Shown here in pieces: positions 15,791 through 24,418 of a DNA stretch of 42,829 bases; the stretch's first letter is position 1, and each line of letters opens with the position of its first letter. Source of the stretch: a virus (Duplodnaviria > Caudoviricetes); IMG/VR virus record IMGVR_UViG_3300032212_000699, positions 1 to 42,829 of that record; one strand, 5' to 3'. The notes under the pieces were generated by a model. That model did not search any database, had not been told where the DNA came from, and saw only the letters and a program-made list of their open reading frames with translations. Both the position numbers and the translations under genes were made by a program.

Positions 15791-16205
15791 TGCATTGTTG
15801 GTGTTTGTTGATGAACTGTTCGTTAAGCTCAATGCTGATTATCCGTTGACTTGGGCTGCGCAGTTTAAGGGTGATGATGGTGCTGCGCTGGCTGATGTTG
15901 CGCATGCGACGTGGGCGGAAAGGTTGGTGGGATTTACGCCTAAGCAGATTATGCGTGCTTATGCGAAGCTGGATGCGTTACCTGAGTACGTTAAGTTTGC
16001 GCCTGGTCCTAAGGCGTTCAGGTTGTTGTGTGTTGCGGTGAAGCGGGCGGATGAAGAGCATGAGCGTTTTCTAGCAAGGCGTGAGCGGCGTTTGTTGCCC
16101 AGGCCTAAGCCTTCGCCTGAGGCGTTGGCTGAGCGGCGTAAGAAGATAGCTGATGCATTGGGGCGGCCGTTGTCGTTACGTGGTAGTAGTCAGGGAGGTG
16201 AGTGA
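15690..16205 (+). CDS. Replication protein P-like / helicase-loader-like
   Basis: Follows the initiator; LF..L...Y...W...W...L.G...P.P..F pattern. Confidence 0.55.
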   Translation: MGSPEQVGAVVSRALTTSLVGSKKEPSNEAVISDALLVFVDELFVKLNADYPLTWAAQFKGDDGAALADVAHATWAERLVGFTPKQIMRAYAKLDALPEYVKFAPGPKAFRLLCVAVKRADEEHERFLARRERRLLPRPKPSPEALAERRKKIADALGRPLSLRGSSQGGE

Positions 16206-16206
16206 T

Positions 16207-16593
16207 ATGGCGAGGATGTTGAGTGGCGACACCAATCAAATCAAGGTAGCTGAGGCGTTGCTGTTTGTTTGGGCGCGTGTGGAGGAGGCTGAGCTTCGGC
16301 GGTTGGCACCGGGTTGTACGCTTTCAGGGATGCTGTGTGGTAGTGGTGGGGGTGAGATGCCGAATGGTGTGACGGTTGAAGATATCGAGATGGTGGGTGT
16401 AATGATGCAAGATTTGGCGGTGGTGTTTCCTTCACAGTATCGGGTGTTGTATTTGTATTACAAGAAGCGGATGAAGATTGATGATGTGCGAAAGGCGATG
16501 GATGATATTTCTCGGTCGTCGGTGAAGAAGTTACGTGTGAGTGGTTTGGTTTATGCGGTGGCTTGGATGCGGCGACATGAAAAAAAGTGTTGA
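16207..16593 (+). CDS. Late antiterminator Q-like
   Basis: Helical C-terminal HTH-like region; followed by a promoter and terminator, then the holin. Confidence 0.65.
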   Translation: MARMLSGDTNQIKVAEALLFVWARVEEAELRRLAPGCTLSGMLCGSGGGEMPNGVTVEDIEMVGVMMQDLAVVFPSQYRVLYLYYKKRMKIDDVRKAMDDISRSSVKKLRVSGLVYAVAWMRRHEKKC

Positions 16594-16618
16594 CGGGGGT
16601 TAACCTTAAATGTATAAA
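16590..16618 (+). promoter_or_regulatory. PR'-like late promoter
   Basis: TTGACG-17 nt-TATAAA. Confidence 0.7.
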
Positions 16619-16656
16619 TTCATTCAACCTGCGGTTTTGTGACTGCGGGATAAAAG

Positions 16657-16684
16657 AAACCAGCTTAGCGGCTGGTTTTTTTAT
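16657..16684 (+). terminator. tR'-like intrinsic terminator
   Basis: AAACCAGC-ttagcg-GCTGGTTT followed by a T tract. Confidence 0.8.
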
Positions 16685-17003
16685 GCCTGACTTTTAGCAA
16701 CAGCCACTCCCTTCCGGCTATGTTGGTTAACGTGTTGGGCTTTGCGGCTGAGTGCTCCCTCTCCTGGTACGAAGGCCGCTTCTTTAATTTCTTTACGCCA
16801 CTTCTGATATCACAACCGCGCTTGATGCGCAGGGGTTGCGCGATGACTGGCTTGATAGTCGGAGTGGTGTGTGTGGTTTTTTTGATTGGCGCTGCTGTAG
16901 GTGCTGCACTGGTGATGTGGTTGAGGTGTGGTGATGAGTGGTGAGCTTGTGGCCTATGGGATTTTTGATATGGTTAAAGATTGCATGGGTGGGCATCGCG
17001 AAG

Positions 17004-17228
17004 ATGGATAAGTTTCCGGTTAATGCTAATTCAATTGTTGCCTATATTGTTTCAGTGTTCGCAACGGTTAAGGGTGTTGTATCTGATATCGATCTCGTGA
17101 CGTTGATTGGTATAACAATCGGCGTGGTGACGTTGCTCGTCAATTGGTATTACAAGCACCAGCAGCACAAGCGTGATGAGATCAGGCTGAAGATGCAGCA
17201 GGGTGAAGATGTTATTTCCGATTCATGA
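17004..17228 (+). CDS. Holin (HP1-like)
   Basis: Two hydrophobic segments, then TLLVNWYYK and a charged tail. Confidence 0.75.
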   Translation: MDKFPVNANSIVAYIVSVFATVKGVVSDIDLVTLIGITIGVVTLLVNWYYKHQQHKRDEIRLKMQQGEDVISDS

Positions 17229-17235
17229 TTGTTTT

Positions 17236-17280
17236 GGGTCCTTCCTGAGGGTCTGCCCATCACGGGTAATTCGAACCGCG
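17236..17280 (+). other. Lambda-like cos site 1 (cosQ + cosN)
   Basis: GGGTCCT (identical to lambda cosQ), 22 nt ending in ACG, 12-mer GGTAATTCGAAC, then CGCG, as in lambda ACG-N12-CGCG; genome encodes a GpA-type terminase. Confidence 0.72.
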
Positions 17281-17363
17281 CTTTTTTTCTAGATTTGGAG
17301 TCCTATAGGGGGTTCCGGTTCCGGGTCTTCTTTCTTCTTTCTTTTGTTTATTGGTGGTGAGTA

Positions 17364-17744
17364 ATGGCGAAGCTAAGCAAAAAAGAGAAAGCGGCAACGC
17401 GGCTTGAATTACAGAACCCTGAATACGCCGGGTTAACTGGTCAAGAGAAAGCGTTGCAGTACAATGCGAGCACAGTGGCCTCGACGCGATTTGTCTCGGG
17501 CGCTGAGATGATTGCAGTAATCAGCGCAGCTGATCTGGCTAATTTAACGTTGGATCAAAAAACCAATCTGTTACTACTTCGAGATGAGGAAGTAGACCTG
17601 GACACAGCCGAAGGGATTGCAAAAGTTGAAACCGTTTTTTTTAGCGAATCATCTGCGTATGTGAAAGTGATTGCGCTCAAGAACATCACTGTTAAAAAAT
17701 TCAAACAGATTACCCATGCTGATGTTCAGGAGGTGCTTAAGTAA
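17364..17744 (+). CDS. Hypothetical protein (inter-cos module gene 1)
   Basis: 126 aa; TAATG overlap with the next gene. Confidence 0.7.
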   Translation: MAKLSKKEKAATRLELQNPEYAGLTGQEKALQYNASTVASTRFVSGAEMIAVISAADLANLTLDQKTNLLLLRDEEVDLDTAEGIAKVETVFFSESSAYVKVIALKNITVKKFKQITHADVQEVLK

Positions 17745-18166
17745 TGGCGCAGGATTTAGGGCAAGACTTTAGCACACACGGCGTATTAACAGCCGTTGCT
17801 GGGTTGGCGGCGGTAGCGGCTGGCGCAGTTGATGACGCAACAGAAATGAATTTTAATGAGGCGAATGCACCTCTCGCCATTGCTTTAGAATGCCGCATGG
17901 CGATGGGCGCAGGGTCGCCGGATGGAAATCAGCAAGTATTGATTCACTGCCGGTGGGCGTCTACCGCTGGGCAGCCCGATGATGCCGATAACATTAAGCA
18001 AACGTATGCGATATCAGTGCCTACGGCATCAGTTAATTTCGATGCAAATTTCAGGGTGCCCATTATATTACCGTACTTGACGATACGTGTTGAGAATGAT
18101 CAGGTTGCAGGGCCGACGGCAACGCCTACGCTTAAATACGGGGAAATCTTCGGCAATCAAGCATGA
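17744..18166 (+). CDS. Hypothetical beta-rich protein (module gene 2)
   Basis: 140 aa, RBS GGAGG; ATGA overlap with the next gene. Confidence 0.7.
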   Translation: MAQDLGQDFSTHGVLTAVAGLAAVAAGAVDDATEMNFNEANAPLAIALECRMAMGAGSPDGNQQVLIHCRWASTAGQPDDADNIKQTYAISVPTASVNFDANFRVPIILPYLTIRVENDQVAGPTATPTLKYGEIFGNQA

Positions 18167-19737
18167 CCATTAGCATACCCGGCTGGGATGAGATCTGGGG
18201 TGACCCTAATCTAGCGATAGGAAAACAACCCACCAGTGACGTTGTCTTAAACGACGGTGTTTCTCCTCGGCCCTTAGATTTCCTGTACCTACTGCGAAGA
18301 AACGTATTAGATCTAACAGGTAAGACAAAGCTTGCCAGCGAAGGAGTCGCGCCGCCTTACGATGTTGATGTTGATGGGCATCATGGCCTGTTTGATTCAA
18401 GCGGCATCTGGAACGATGATTCGGCTTATAACAAGGCGGTAACTGATTATACAGTCTTTGCGATTGGCACTTATCATTCGGGTGGGAAATATTGCACAGT
18501 TCAGGAAATCAACACTGGTAGTAATAAACCCGAGCAGATTACTTTAGGCTCTAGCGGCTCATCAGTCCGCATCGGTTATCGGGGCAGAAACGGTAGTACG
18601 TATTGGTCACGGTTGAGCGATACAGCATTTTCTGATGGTGATCTTGTTGTGATGGTTGGTCTTCGTCGTGGTGACGAACTACGGCTATTCGTCAGCGGCA
18701 AAGATGAAGGGACAACGAGTGGGATTCATGTGGACTCGTGGAGGGCCGAAGCAATTGTTTTGGGTGGCTCGCACAAAGGGTCGGGCGGCTGGAACTACGA
18801 TTTAAACGGTAATATATATACAGCCGGTGGATTCGAGGGTGCCTGGTCTGATGCTCAGGCGTTGGCGTTTACGCGTGACCCTTATCGTTATTTGTTTAGT
18901 ACGCGGAATATTTCACCTGCGCCGGGTGTTGCGCCTGCAGCCGGTGGATCGCTAACCGCCAGCGCAGCATGGCGAATCTTAAATCAGCATGAGCAAGATT
19001 CAGCGTATAAGATCAAAGCGAAATCCGCGGTTGATTCTGCATACAAGGTATTCGGGCAAACCGCGCAGTCATCTGCATGGCGACTGTTTTCGAGTATTGG
19101 GGAGGATTCAGGGTGGAAGATAAAAGGCCAGCTATCACATAACAGTGCATGGAAAACCTTTAACCAGACCGCACAAGGTTCGGCCTGGTCGATCTTTAAT
19201 CAGCAAGACTCAGATTGTGCGTGGAAAGTGTTTGGCTTGGCGCAAGTCGATACTGATTGGCGTATTTTAAATAGCTCACTGATGCAGGATACTGCGTGGC
19301 GGATTCTTGCGAGTAATCAGGCATCGCAGCCAATCGCGTGGAAAATTATAAACACGCTGCAGCAGGCGTCTGCTTATCGATTATTGACGCAGGCGGTACA
19401 GGATTCTGGTTGGGCGGTGCTTAACCAGCTGTCACAAGACTCAGGCTGGGCGCTGCTCAACACCACGCAACAGCAGGCGCTGTGGAAGATTCTGGCAACA
19501 GAACAGGCCGGCAGTGCTTACAAAATATTAAACAGCGCCAGCGTTGATTCATCCTGGCGTGTGCTCGCACAACAGTTACAGGCAAGTGGTTGGCGGATAT
19601 TCACTACTGCCGAGATTGATTCGGCGTGGATGGTTGATGGCGTGTTGGTCGTGCCGATCACCAGCATCGAATTCACCGCGAGTCAACGCGACATCATCAT
19701 ATCCGCAACGGAACGAACCATAATATTCACAGGATAG
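18163..19737 (+). CDS. LamG/concanavalin-A-like domain plus 19 Trp/Tyr ~12-aa repeats (putative virion fibre)
   Basis: YTVF...LRLFVSG...IVLGG...LNGNIY...AWSDAQ...PY pattern, then S-A/G-W/Y-K/R-I/V repeats. Confidence 0.7.
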   Translation: MTISIPGWDEIWGDPNLAIGKQPTSDVVLNDGVSPRPLDFLYLLRRNVLDLTGKTKLASEGVAPPYDVDVDGHHGLFDSSGIWNDDSAYNKAVTDYTVFAIGTYHSGGKYCTVQEINTGSNKPEQITLGSSGSSVRIGYRGRNGSTYWSRLSDTAFSDGDLVVMVGLRRGDELRLFVSGKDEGTTSGIHVDSWRAEAIVLGGSHKGSGGWNYDLNGNIYTAGGFEGAWSDAQALAFTRDPYRYLFSTRNISPAPGVAPAAGGSLTASAAWRILNQHEQDSAYKIKAKSAVDSAYKVFGQTAQSSAWRLFSSIGEDSGWKIKGQLSHNSAWKTFNQTAQGSAWSIFNQQDSDCAWKVFGLAQVDTDWRILNSSLMQDTAWRILASNQASQPIAWKIINTLQQASAYRLLTQAVQDSGWAVLNQLSQDSGWALLNTTQQQALWKILATEQAGSAYKILNSASVDSSWRVLAQQLQASGWRIFTTAEIDSAWMVDGVLVVPITSIEFTASQRDIIISATERTIIFTG

Positions 19738-19746
19738 GTAAATAAA

Positions 19747-20229
19747 ATGCCAGCAACATTACAGTTTAATCTTACAGGCGGTGCGGCTAATTCCGATCCA
19801 GGCGCTTCATTGGGTGGTGTGCACTCAAGTGTGCAGGTAAGCGCTACAGCGCTGAATAACATATTTGACGATGTGTCGCCTGCTGAAGCATCAGCCGGTG
19901 ATTCAGAGTATCGAGCCATCGACGTGCAGAACGTTGGCGATGCCATCGCCTCGGGCGTTGAAATCTATATGAGCACAGAAACATCAAGTGCTGATACACA
20001 GATCGATATGGGGGCTGTAGCAGCGCCCATCGATAGCACCGAGTCTGTTGTTGATGAGAGTACTGCGCCAGCAAGTGTGACATTTGCACACCGCGTAACA
20101 GGAGCAAGGCTTGCGTTGCCTGATATTGCAGCCGGAAGCTATTGTCGTGTTTGGCTCCGCCGTGTGGTCGGTGTTGGGGCAACCAATACTGGTAGCGACC
20201 AGGGAACGCTGGCGGTTGATTTCGCCTAA
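19747..20229 (+). CDS. Putative virion structural protein (module gene 4)
   Basis: SLGG...NNIFDDVSPAEASAGDSEYR...VWLRR motif resembles phage virion proteins. Confidence 0.6.
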   Translation: MPATLQFNLTGGAANSDPGASLGGVHSSVQVSATALNNIFDDVSPAEASAGDSEYRAIDVQNVGDAIASGVEIYMSTETSSADTQIDMGAVAAPIDSTESVVDESTAPASVTFAHRVTGARLALPDIAAGSYCRVWLRRVVGVGATNTGSDQGTLAVDFA

Positions 20230-20561
20230 TGTCTGACTTCCTGCTCATCACATTTAATGAGGGCGGCACGGGTTATATCAACGCTGACTTTCAAGATAAG
20301 AATAAAACATCTCAAGTACCAACATCGGCGCGGTACCGCATTGATTGTAAGACGAACAGTGTCGAGGTCTTAGATTGGACGGCGATTGCAAATCCGCAGT
20401 CGGTTCATGAGATCACGATAACCTCAGCCGACAATGCAATCATCGATCAAACACAAGAAGTAGAGACAAAAGAGATCACCGTTGAAGCAACGTATGGTGC
20501 CGGGGATGTGATACCGGGGCAGGTTGCATACGGTGTGAAGAACCTAAACAACTATCCATAA
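20229..20561 (+). CDS. Ig-like/BppU-like small protein (module gene 5)
   Basis: 110 aa, beta-strand-rich; TAATG overlap. Confidence 0.55.
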   Translation: MSDFLLITFNEGGTGYINADFQDKNKTSQVPTSARYRIDCKTNSVEVLDWTAIANPQSVHEITITSADNAIIDQTQEVETKEITVEATYGAGDVIPGQVAYGVKNLNNYP

Positions 20562-20568
20562 GGTTCCG

Positions 20569-20614
20569 GGGTCCCTGGCACAACACCACCAACCACGGGT
20601 AATTGGAACCGTGG
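20569..20614 (+). other. Second cos-like site
   Basis: GGGTCCC, 22 nt ending in CCACG, 12-mer GGTAATTGGAAC, then CGTGG; same spacing as cos 1 and 11/12 identical core. Confidence 0.65.
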
Positions 20615-20658
20615 AAAGTACAAAATATTCAGGCTTCTTAGCGCCTCGTTGACAGGCA

Positions 20659-21069
20659 TTAAGCCATATAGCCAAGTATAGTTAGTACGTCTTGCGGTAC
20701 GCGCCCTGTGATGATCAGGAGCTTTCGCCATACGCCGTAGGGAATTTTTCGCGCGCCGCTTTTATATTCGCGGATTCGCCGGTCGCTAGAGAGCCCCAAT
20801 AGTGGGGCGAGTTTTGCATCACTACCATATTCAGGAAAGTGCTGTTGTAAGTGTTTAAAGTAGGCGTCGACCACGTCTTTATGTGGTGGTTCCCAGCCTT
20901 CGTGCTCACGCAATAGATGTGTGCGCGGGTAATCATCTTCGTTGATGGTCTCCTGAGGTGGGTAGTGTTCCGCCTTCAGGTTTTGTTTAAGTGTTTTAAT
21001 AGCGGCTTTAGTGGCCTCATCAAATATAATTTGTTGCTGATCACTTATGCCAGGTAGATCAATTTTCAT
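20659..21069 (-). CDS. KorC-like HTH transcriptional regulator
   Basis: GWEPP...LAPLLGLSSDRRIREYKSGARKIPYGVWRKL resembles IncP KorC. Confidence 0.7.
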   Translation of the reverse strand: MKIDLPGISDQQQIIFDEATKAAIKTLKQNLKAEHYPPQETINEDDYPRTHLLREHEGWEPPHKDVVDAYFKHLQQHFPEYGSDAKLAPLLGLSSDRRIREYKSGARKIPYGVWRKLLIITGRVPQDVLTILGYMA

Positions 21070-21087
21070 AACTGTTTCCTTTTAGTT

Positions 21088-21114
21088 AAAAAAAAGGTGG
21101 GGCCTTGTGGCCCC
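21088..21114 (-). terminator. Intrinsic terminator/attenuator between the two moron genes
   Basis: GGGGCC-4 nt-GGCCCC followed by a T run on the minus strand. Confidence 0.6.
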
Positions 21115-21119
21115 TCCCT

Positions 21120-21407
21120 TTACCGTGGTGACAGCTCGATAGATCGAACGTCAGAAACACGGATGTTGACCAAGCTCAGTGTCCCGGTGGCTATCCTTTC
21201 CCAGTGGCCTTGGTTGTAAATATTAAGCAAGGCATAAAAAAGGTAGTCCGGTAAGAGAATGTCCGTTCTTTCCACTTTAATCCCGATGTGTTCTTTGTAA
21301 AACACTCGGGTGGGAAGTCCAACCATTCTCCCTGAACCCCGTCGAACTAACCAGAAATGTGCATTTGGAAAGTTCGTCCGTATGGTCGCTACATCTGAAA
21401 GTTTCAT
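21120..21407 (-). CDS. Small protein with partial type I HsdS-like motif
   Basis: MKLSDVATI...LLPDYLFYAL...GT...NIRVSDVRSIEL. Confidence 0.65.
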   Translation of the reverse strand: MKLSDVATIRTNFPNAHFWLVRRGSGRMVGLPTRVFYKEHIGIKVERTDILLPDYLFYALLNIYNQGHWERIATGTLSLVNIRVSDVRSIELSPR

Positions 21408-21479
21408 CTCGTTCACCTTCGGTGGCATCGACTAGCCGCCTCTGTAACGAGTGGCTTTCTGCGTGCCACCATGTTTATT

Positions 21480-21508
21480 ATAATAGGCGCATTGCGCCTA
21501 AGTGTCAA
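21480..21508 (-). promoter_or_regulatory. Promoter with KorC-type operator
   Basis: TTGACA-17 nt-TATTAT; inverted repeat TAGGCGCA-T-TGCGCCTA at 21484-21500. Confidence 0.75.
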
Positions 21509-21712
21509 GTAAAACAAAGCGAATAATCATAAAAGTTTTTAGGTTTCTAAAGGTCTTTTTATAAATCGTCTGGTAATTAAAAAGCTTTGTATTGCAGTCT
21601 GGCCAAGCCTTAGCAGGTACAGGCGAGCGGTTAATTTTTCGATCTAACTATATCTAGCGCGGGGCGGGGTTTTTTGTACCGCCTCTTAGAATTCCGCTAG
21701 TCGAGTGTGTAA

Positions 21713-22306
21713 ATGCCAACCCAGCTAGAAATTGCTAAGCATCTCGATTTTGTTGATGACCGCAGCGTGCGTGAGGTGCTGCCTAAAGTCGCACGGCAAA
21801 TCGGCATTGATCATGAAGCTGATGAAAAGTGGTTTCAGACTGCCTCAATGGACCAGATACGTGTTGGCTATGTTCGGCATATGCGTGAGGTGGCGTCCGG
21901 GCGCGGTGATCAATACGAGTTAACCCGTGAGCGTACGCGTCTGGTTAAAGAGCAGGCGGATGCTGAAGAGCGCAAGAATTTAGAGGCTGATCTTGTTGTC
22001 CGTCATATCGATGTGCTCACTGCAGTGCTTTCACAAACGAGCGTAAAAATAGCAGCCAAGCTTGAGGCTATCCTCGTGCGTATTAAGCGTGAAGTGGGTG
22101 ACTTGCCGCCTAAAGCGCTGGAAATAATCGAAACAACCATTATCGACGCAAGGAACCAAGCCGAAGCGATGGAGTTAGATTGGGAATACTTTGATGAGAT
22201 GGAAGAAGCTGCGCGAGGCGGTGAAGAGGGGTCTAGCAGCCCTGAAAGTACCGGAGCCCTTGAGGGCGTCGCAGTGGATGGAAAAGCACTTTTACCTGGT
22301 AGCTGA
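21713..22306 (+). CDS. Terminase small subunit (Nu1-like)
   Basis: TQLEIAKHL...YVRHMREVASGRG...ERTRLVKEQAD; precedes terL. Confidence 0.88.
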   Translation: MPTQLEIAKHLDFVDDRSVREVLPKVARQIGIDHEADEKWFQTASMDQIRVGYVRHMREVASGRGDQYELTRERTRLVKEQADAEERKNLEADLVVRHIDVLTAVLSQTSVKIAAKLEAILVRIKREVGDLPPKALEIIETTIIDARNQAEAMELDWEYFDEMEEAARGGEEGSSSPESTGALEGVAVDGKALLPGS

Positions 22307-24194
22307 GTCTTCCTATGTAGAACAAGAGTGGCGTTCATTTCCATATCAGTCCGGCATCATCGACATGATGGGCATGGATGCGATTGAAGATTTCGATTGC
22401 ATCAAATCTGCCCGCGTTGGTTACACCAAAATGCTGGTGGGTGTGCTCTGCTACTTCGCGCAGCACAAGCGCCGTAACTGCGTTATCTATCAGCCGACCG
22501 ATGGTGACTCAGACGATTTCTGTAAAGATGAAATTGAACCCGCACTGCGTGATGTAAAGATCATGCGCACCGTGTTTCCTAACACGCTGCTAAAGCATAA
22601 AGACAACACCCTTCAGAAAAAAAGGGGGTTAGGTGTCGCCATCCACATGAAGGGTGGCACATCCGCAAAGAACTATCGCCGCATTTCGGTTGATGTTTCG
22701 GCGATGGATGAGCTAGATGGCTTCGTTCAGGATGTTGACAAAGAAGGTAGCCCGCGCCTGCTAGCAGGTAAGCGCACCGAGGGTGCGACCTTTCCAAAGA
22801 AAATACGTGGTTCTACCCCAAAGATAAAAAACTTCTCGATGATCGAGGCAGGGTGGAATGAGGCTAAATTACAGTTAAGGTTTCGGGTGCCTTGCCCCCA
22901 CTGTGGTGAGCGCATCACCCTGCAGTGGGGCGGTAAAGATAAGCCCTATGGTTTTAAGTGGATCGACGGTGATCCCGCAACCGTTCAGCACCTCTGCAGC
23001 AAGTGCACCACGCTATTCAGTCAGTCTGATTACATCAGCGTATCAAAGCAAGGCCGCTGGCAGTCGGATAGTGGTACCTGGTTTGATGAAGCGAATCAGG
23101 TATTCAGAAATGCACAGGATGAAGAGGTGCCCGCGCCGATATCGGTGGCCGTGCATGTCTGGACGGCCTACAGCCCGCAAACCACGTGGGTCAAGATTGT
23201 TACTGAATTCATTGCTGCCAACAATAAATCGAGCGCAGGAGATGACAGTGAATTAAAAACCTTCATCAACACCACTCTTGGTGAAACATGGGAAGCGGAG
23301 GTCGAAGAGACCGACGAAAGTGCGCTCATGGAGCGTGCTGAAGATTACCCGATTGGCGTTGTACCTATGGGTGGCTTGGTATTGGTCGCTGGTGTGGATG
23401 TTCAGGGTAATCGTTTTGAGGTTACCGTCTGGGCAATTGGCCGCAATGAAGAGATGTGGGCGGTTGCCTACAAAGTCATTGACGCCAACCCGGCGGTTGA
23501 AAGCGAGTGGAATAAACTCGCTGAATATCTTGATGAACCCATACCGCATGCAACGGGTGCGATGCTTAAAATTGAGGGTTCAGGTGTTGATACCGGCGGG
23601 CACTTCACTCACCAGACATACATATTCTGTCGTGAAAGAGAAAAAAACACTTATGCCCTAAAAGGCGACAGCCAGCCCGGTAAGCCGATTAAGGCGCGGC
23701 GCTCGTGGGTAGATATCAATCACAACGGGCGCGTTATTAAGCGTGGTGTAAAGCTCTGGTTTGTCGGTGTTGATACGGTTAAGGATTTGATCTTCGGTCG
23801 GCTGGGTGTCACCGAGCCCGGTCCCGGTTACATCCACTTTTCCAAGGAGCTGCCAGAAACTTTCTATAAGCAGCTAACGGCAGAGGTGCGCATCATGGAG
23901 CGCACCAGAGCTAGAGAGCAATATAAGTGGGTTAAGAAAACCGCCGGCATCCGAAACGAGGTGCTTGATTGTACTGGCTACGCGTTGTTCGTTGTTGAGA
24001 AGCTAGACCTTCGTGGTTATTCACAGAAAAAGTGGGACAGGCTGGAGGCGGCAATACAGCCCGCCACCACCGATATGTTTGCAGGTCCACAACCAGCCCC
24101 GGTCGGTATTGGTAACCCAGAAAAACAGACGCCACGAACCGGTGGTAATCAAGGTAACGACTGGATCAAAACAAGCCCTGGAGGCTGGATTTAA
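22194..24194 (+). CDS. Terminase large subunit (lambda GpA family)
   Basis: KSARVGYTK, MDELDGF, GSTP, VPCPHCG, GVDVQ, NEVLDC. Confidence 0.96.
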   Translation: MRWKKLREAVKRGLAALKVPEPLRASQWMEKHFYLVAESSYVEQEWRSFPYQSGIIDMMGMDAIEDFDCIKSARVGYTKMLVGVLCYFAQHKRRNCVIYQPTDGDSDDFCKDEIEPALRDVKIMRTVFPNTLLKHKDNTLQKKRGLGVAIHMKGGTSAKNYRRISVDVSAMDELDGFVQDVDKEGSPRLLAGKRTEGATFPKKIRGSTPKIKNFSMIEAGWNEAKLQLRFRVPCPHCGERITLQWGGKDKPYGFKWIDGDPATVQHLCSKCTTLFSQSDYISVSKQGRWQSDSGTWFDEANQVFRNAQDEEVPAPISVAVHVWTAYSPQTTWVKIVTEFIAANNKSSAGDDSELKTFINTTLGETWEAEVEETDESALMERAEDYPIGVVPMGGLVLVAGVDVQGNRFEVTVWAIGRNEEMWAVAYKVIDANPAVESEWNKLAEYLDEPIPHATGAMLKIEGSGVDTGGHFTHQTYIFCREREKNTYALKGDSQPGKPIKARRSWVDINHNGRVIKRGVKLWFVGVDTVKDLIFGRLGVTEPGPGYIHFSKELPETFYKQLTAEVRIMERTRAREQYKWVKKTAGIRNEVLDCTGYALFVVEKLDLRGYSQKKWDRLEAAIQPATTDMFAGPQPAPVGIGNPEKQTPRTGGNQGNDWIKTSPGGWI

Positions 24195-24418
24195 TGTCAT
24201 CCGTAACAGAAGCGCAAACAATGGTAAGTCACTACACCGCTGCAGAACTGAAGGCGTTGGAAGGGCAGAGCTACACTATTAATGGCCGCTCTCTAAATCG
24301 TTCTAATCTCACTGAGATTCGTGCGGGGCGTCGTGAGTGGGAGAATAAATTACGTGATGCTCAGGCTAGAAGTAAAGGTGGCTCCAGCTTATTTTCAGTA
24401 GTGGATTTTCGCGGATGA
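24194..24418 (+). CDS. Head completion protein (gpW-like)
   Basis: GQSYTINGRSLNRSNL; lies between terL and portal. Confidence 0.8.
   Translation: MSSVTEAQTMVSHYTAAELKALEGQSYTINGRSLNRSNLTEIRAGRREWENKLRDAQARSKGGSSLFSVVDFRG

Noticed and set aside
16690-16800. Possible tRNA or structured RNA after tR'
   Set aside because: No cloverleaf, T-loop or CCA could be identified by eye.
18960-19640. Diversity-generating retroelement VR/TR pair
   Set aside because: The repeats are protein-level and degenerate, no adenine-specific near-identical pair was seen, and there is no reverse transcriptase ORF.
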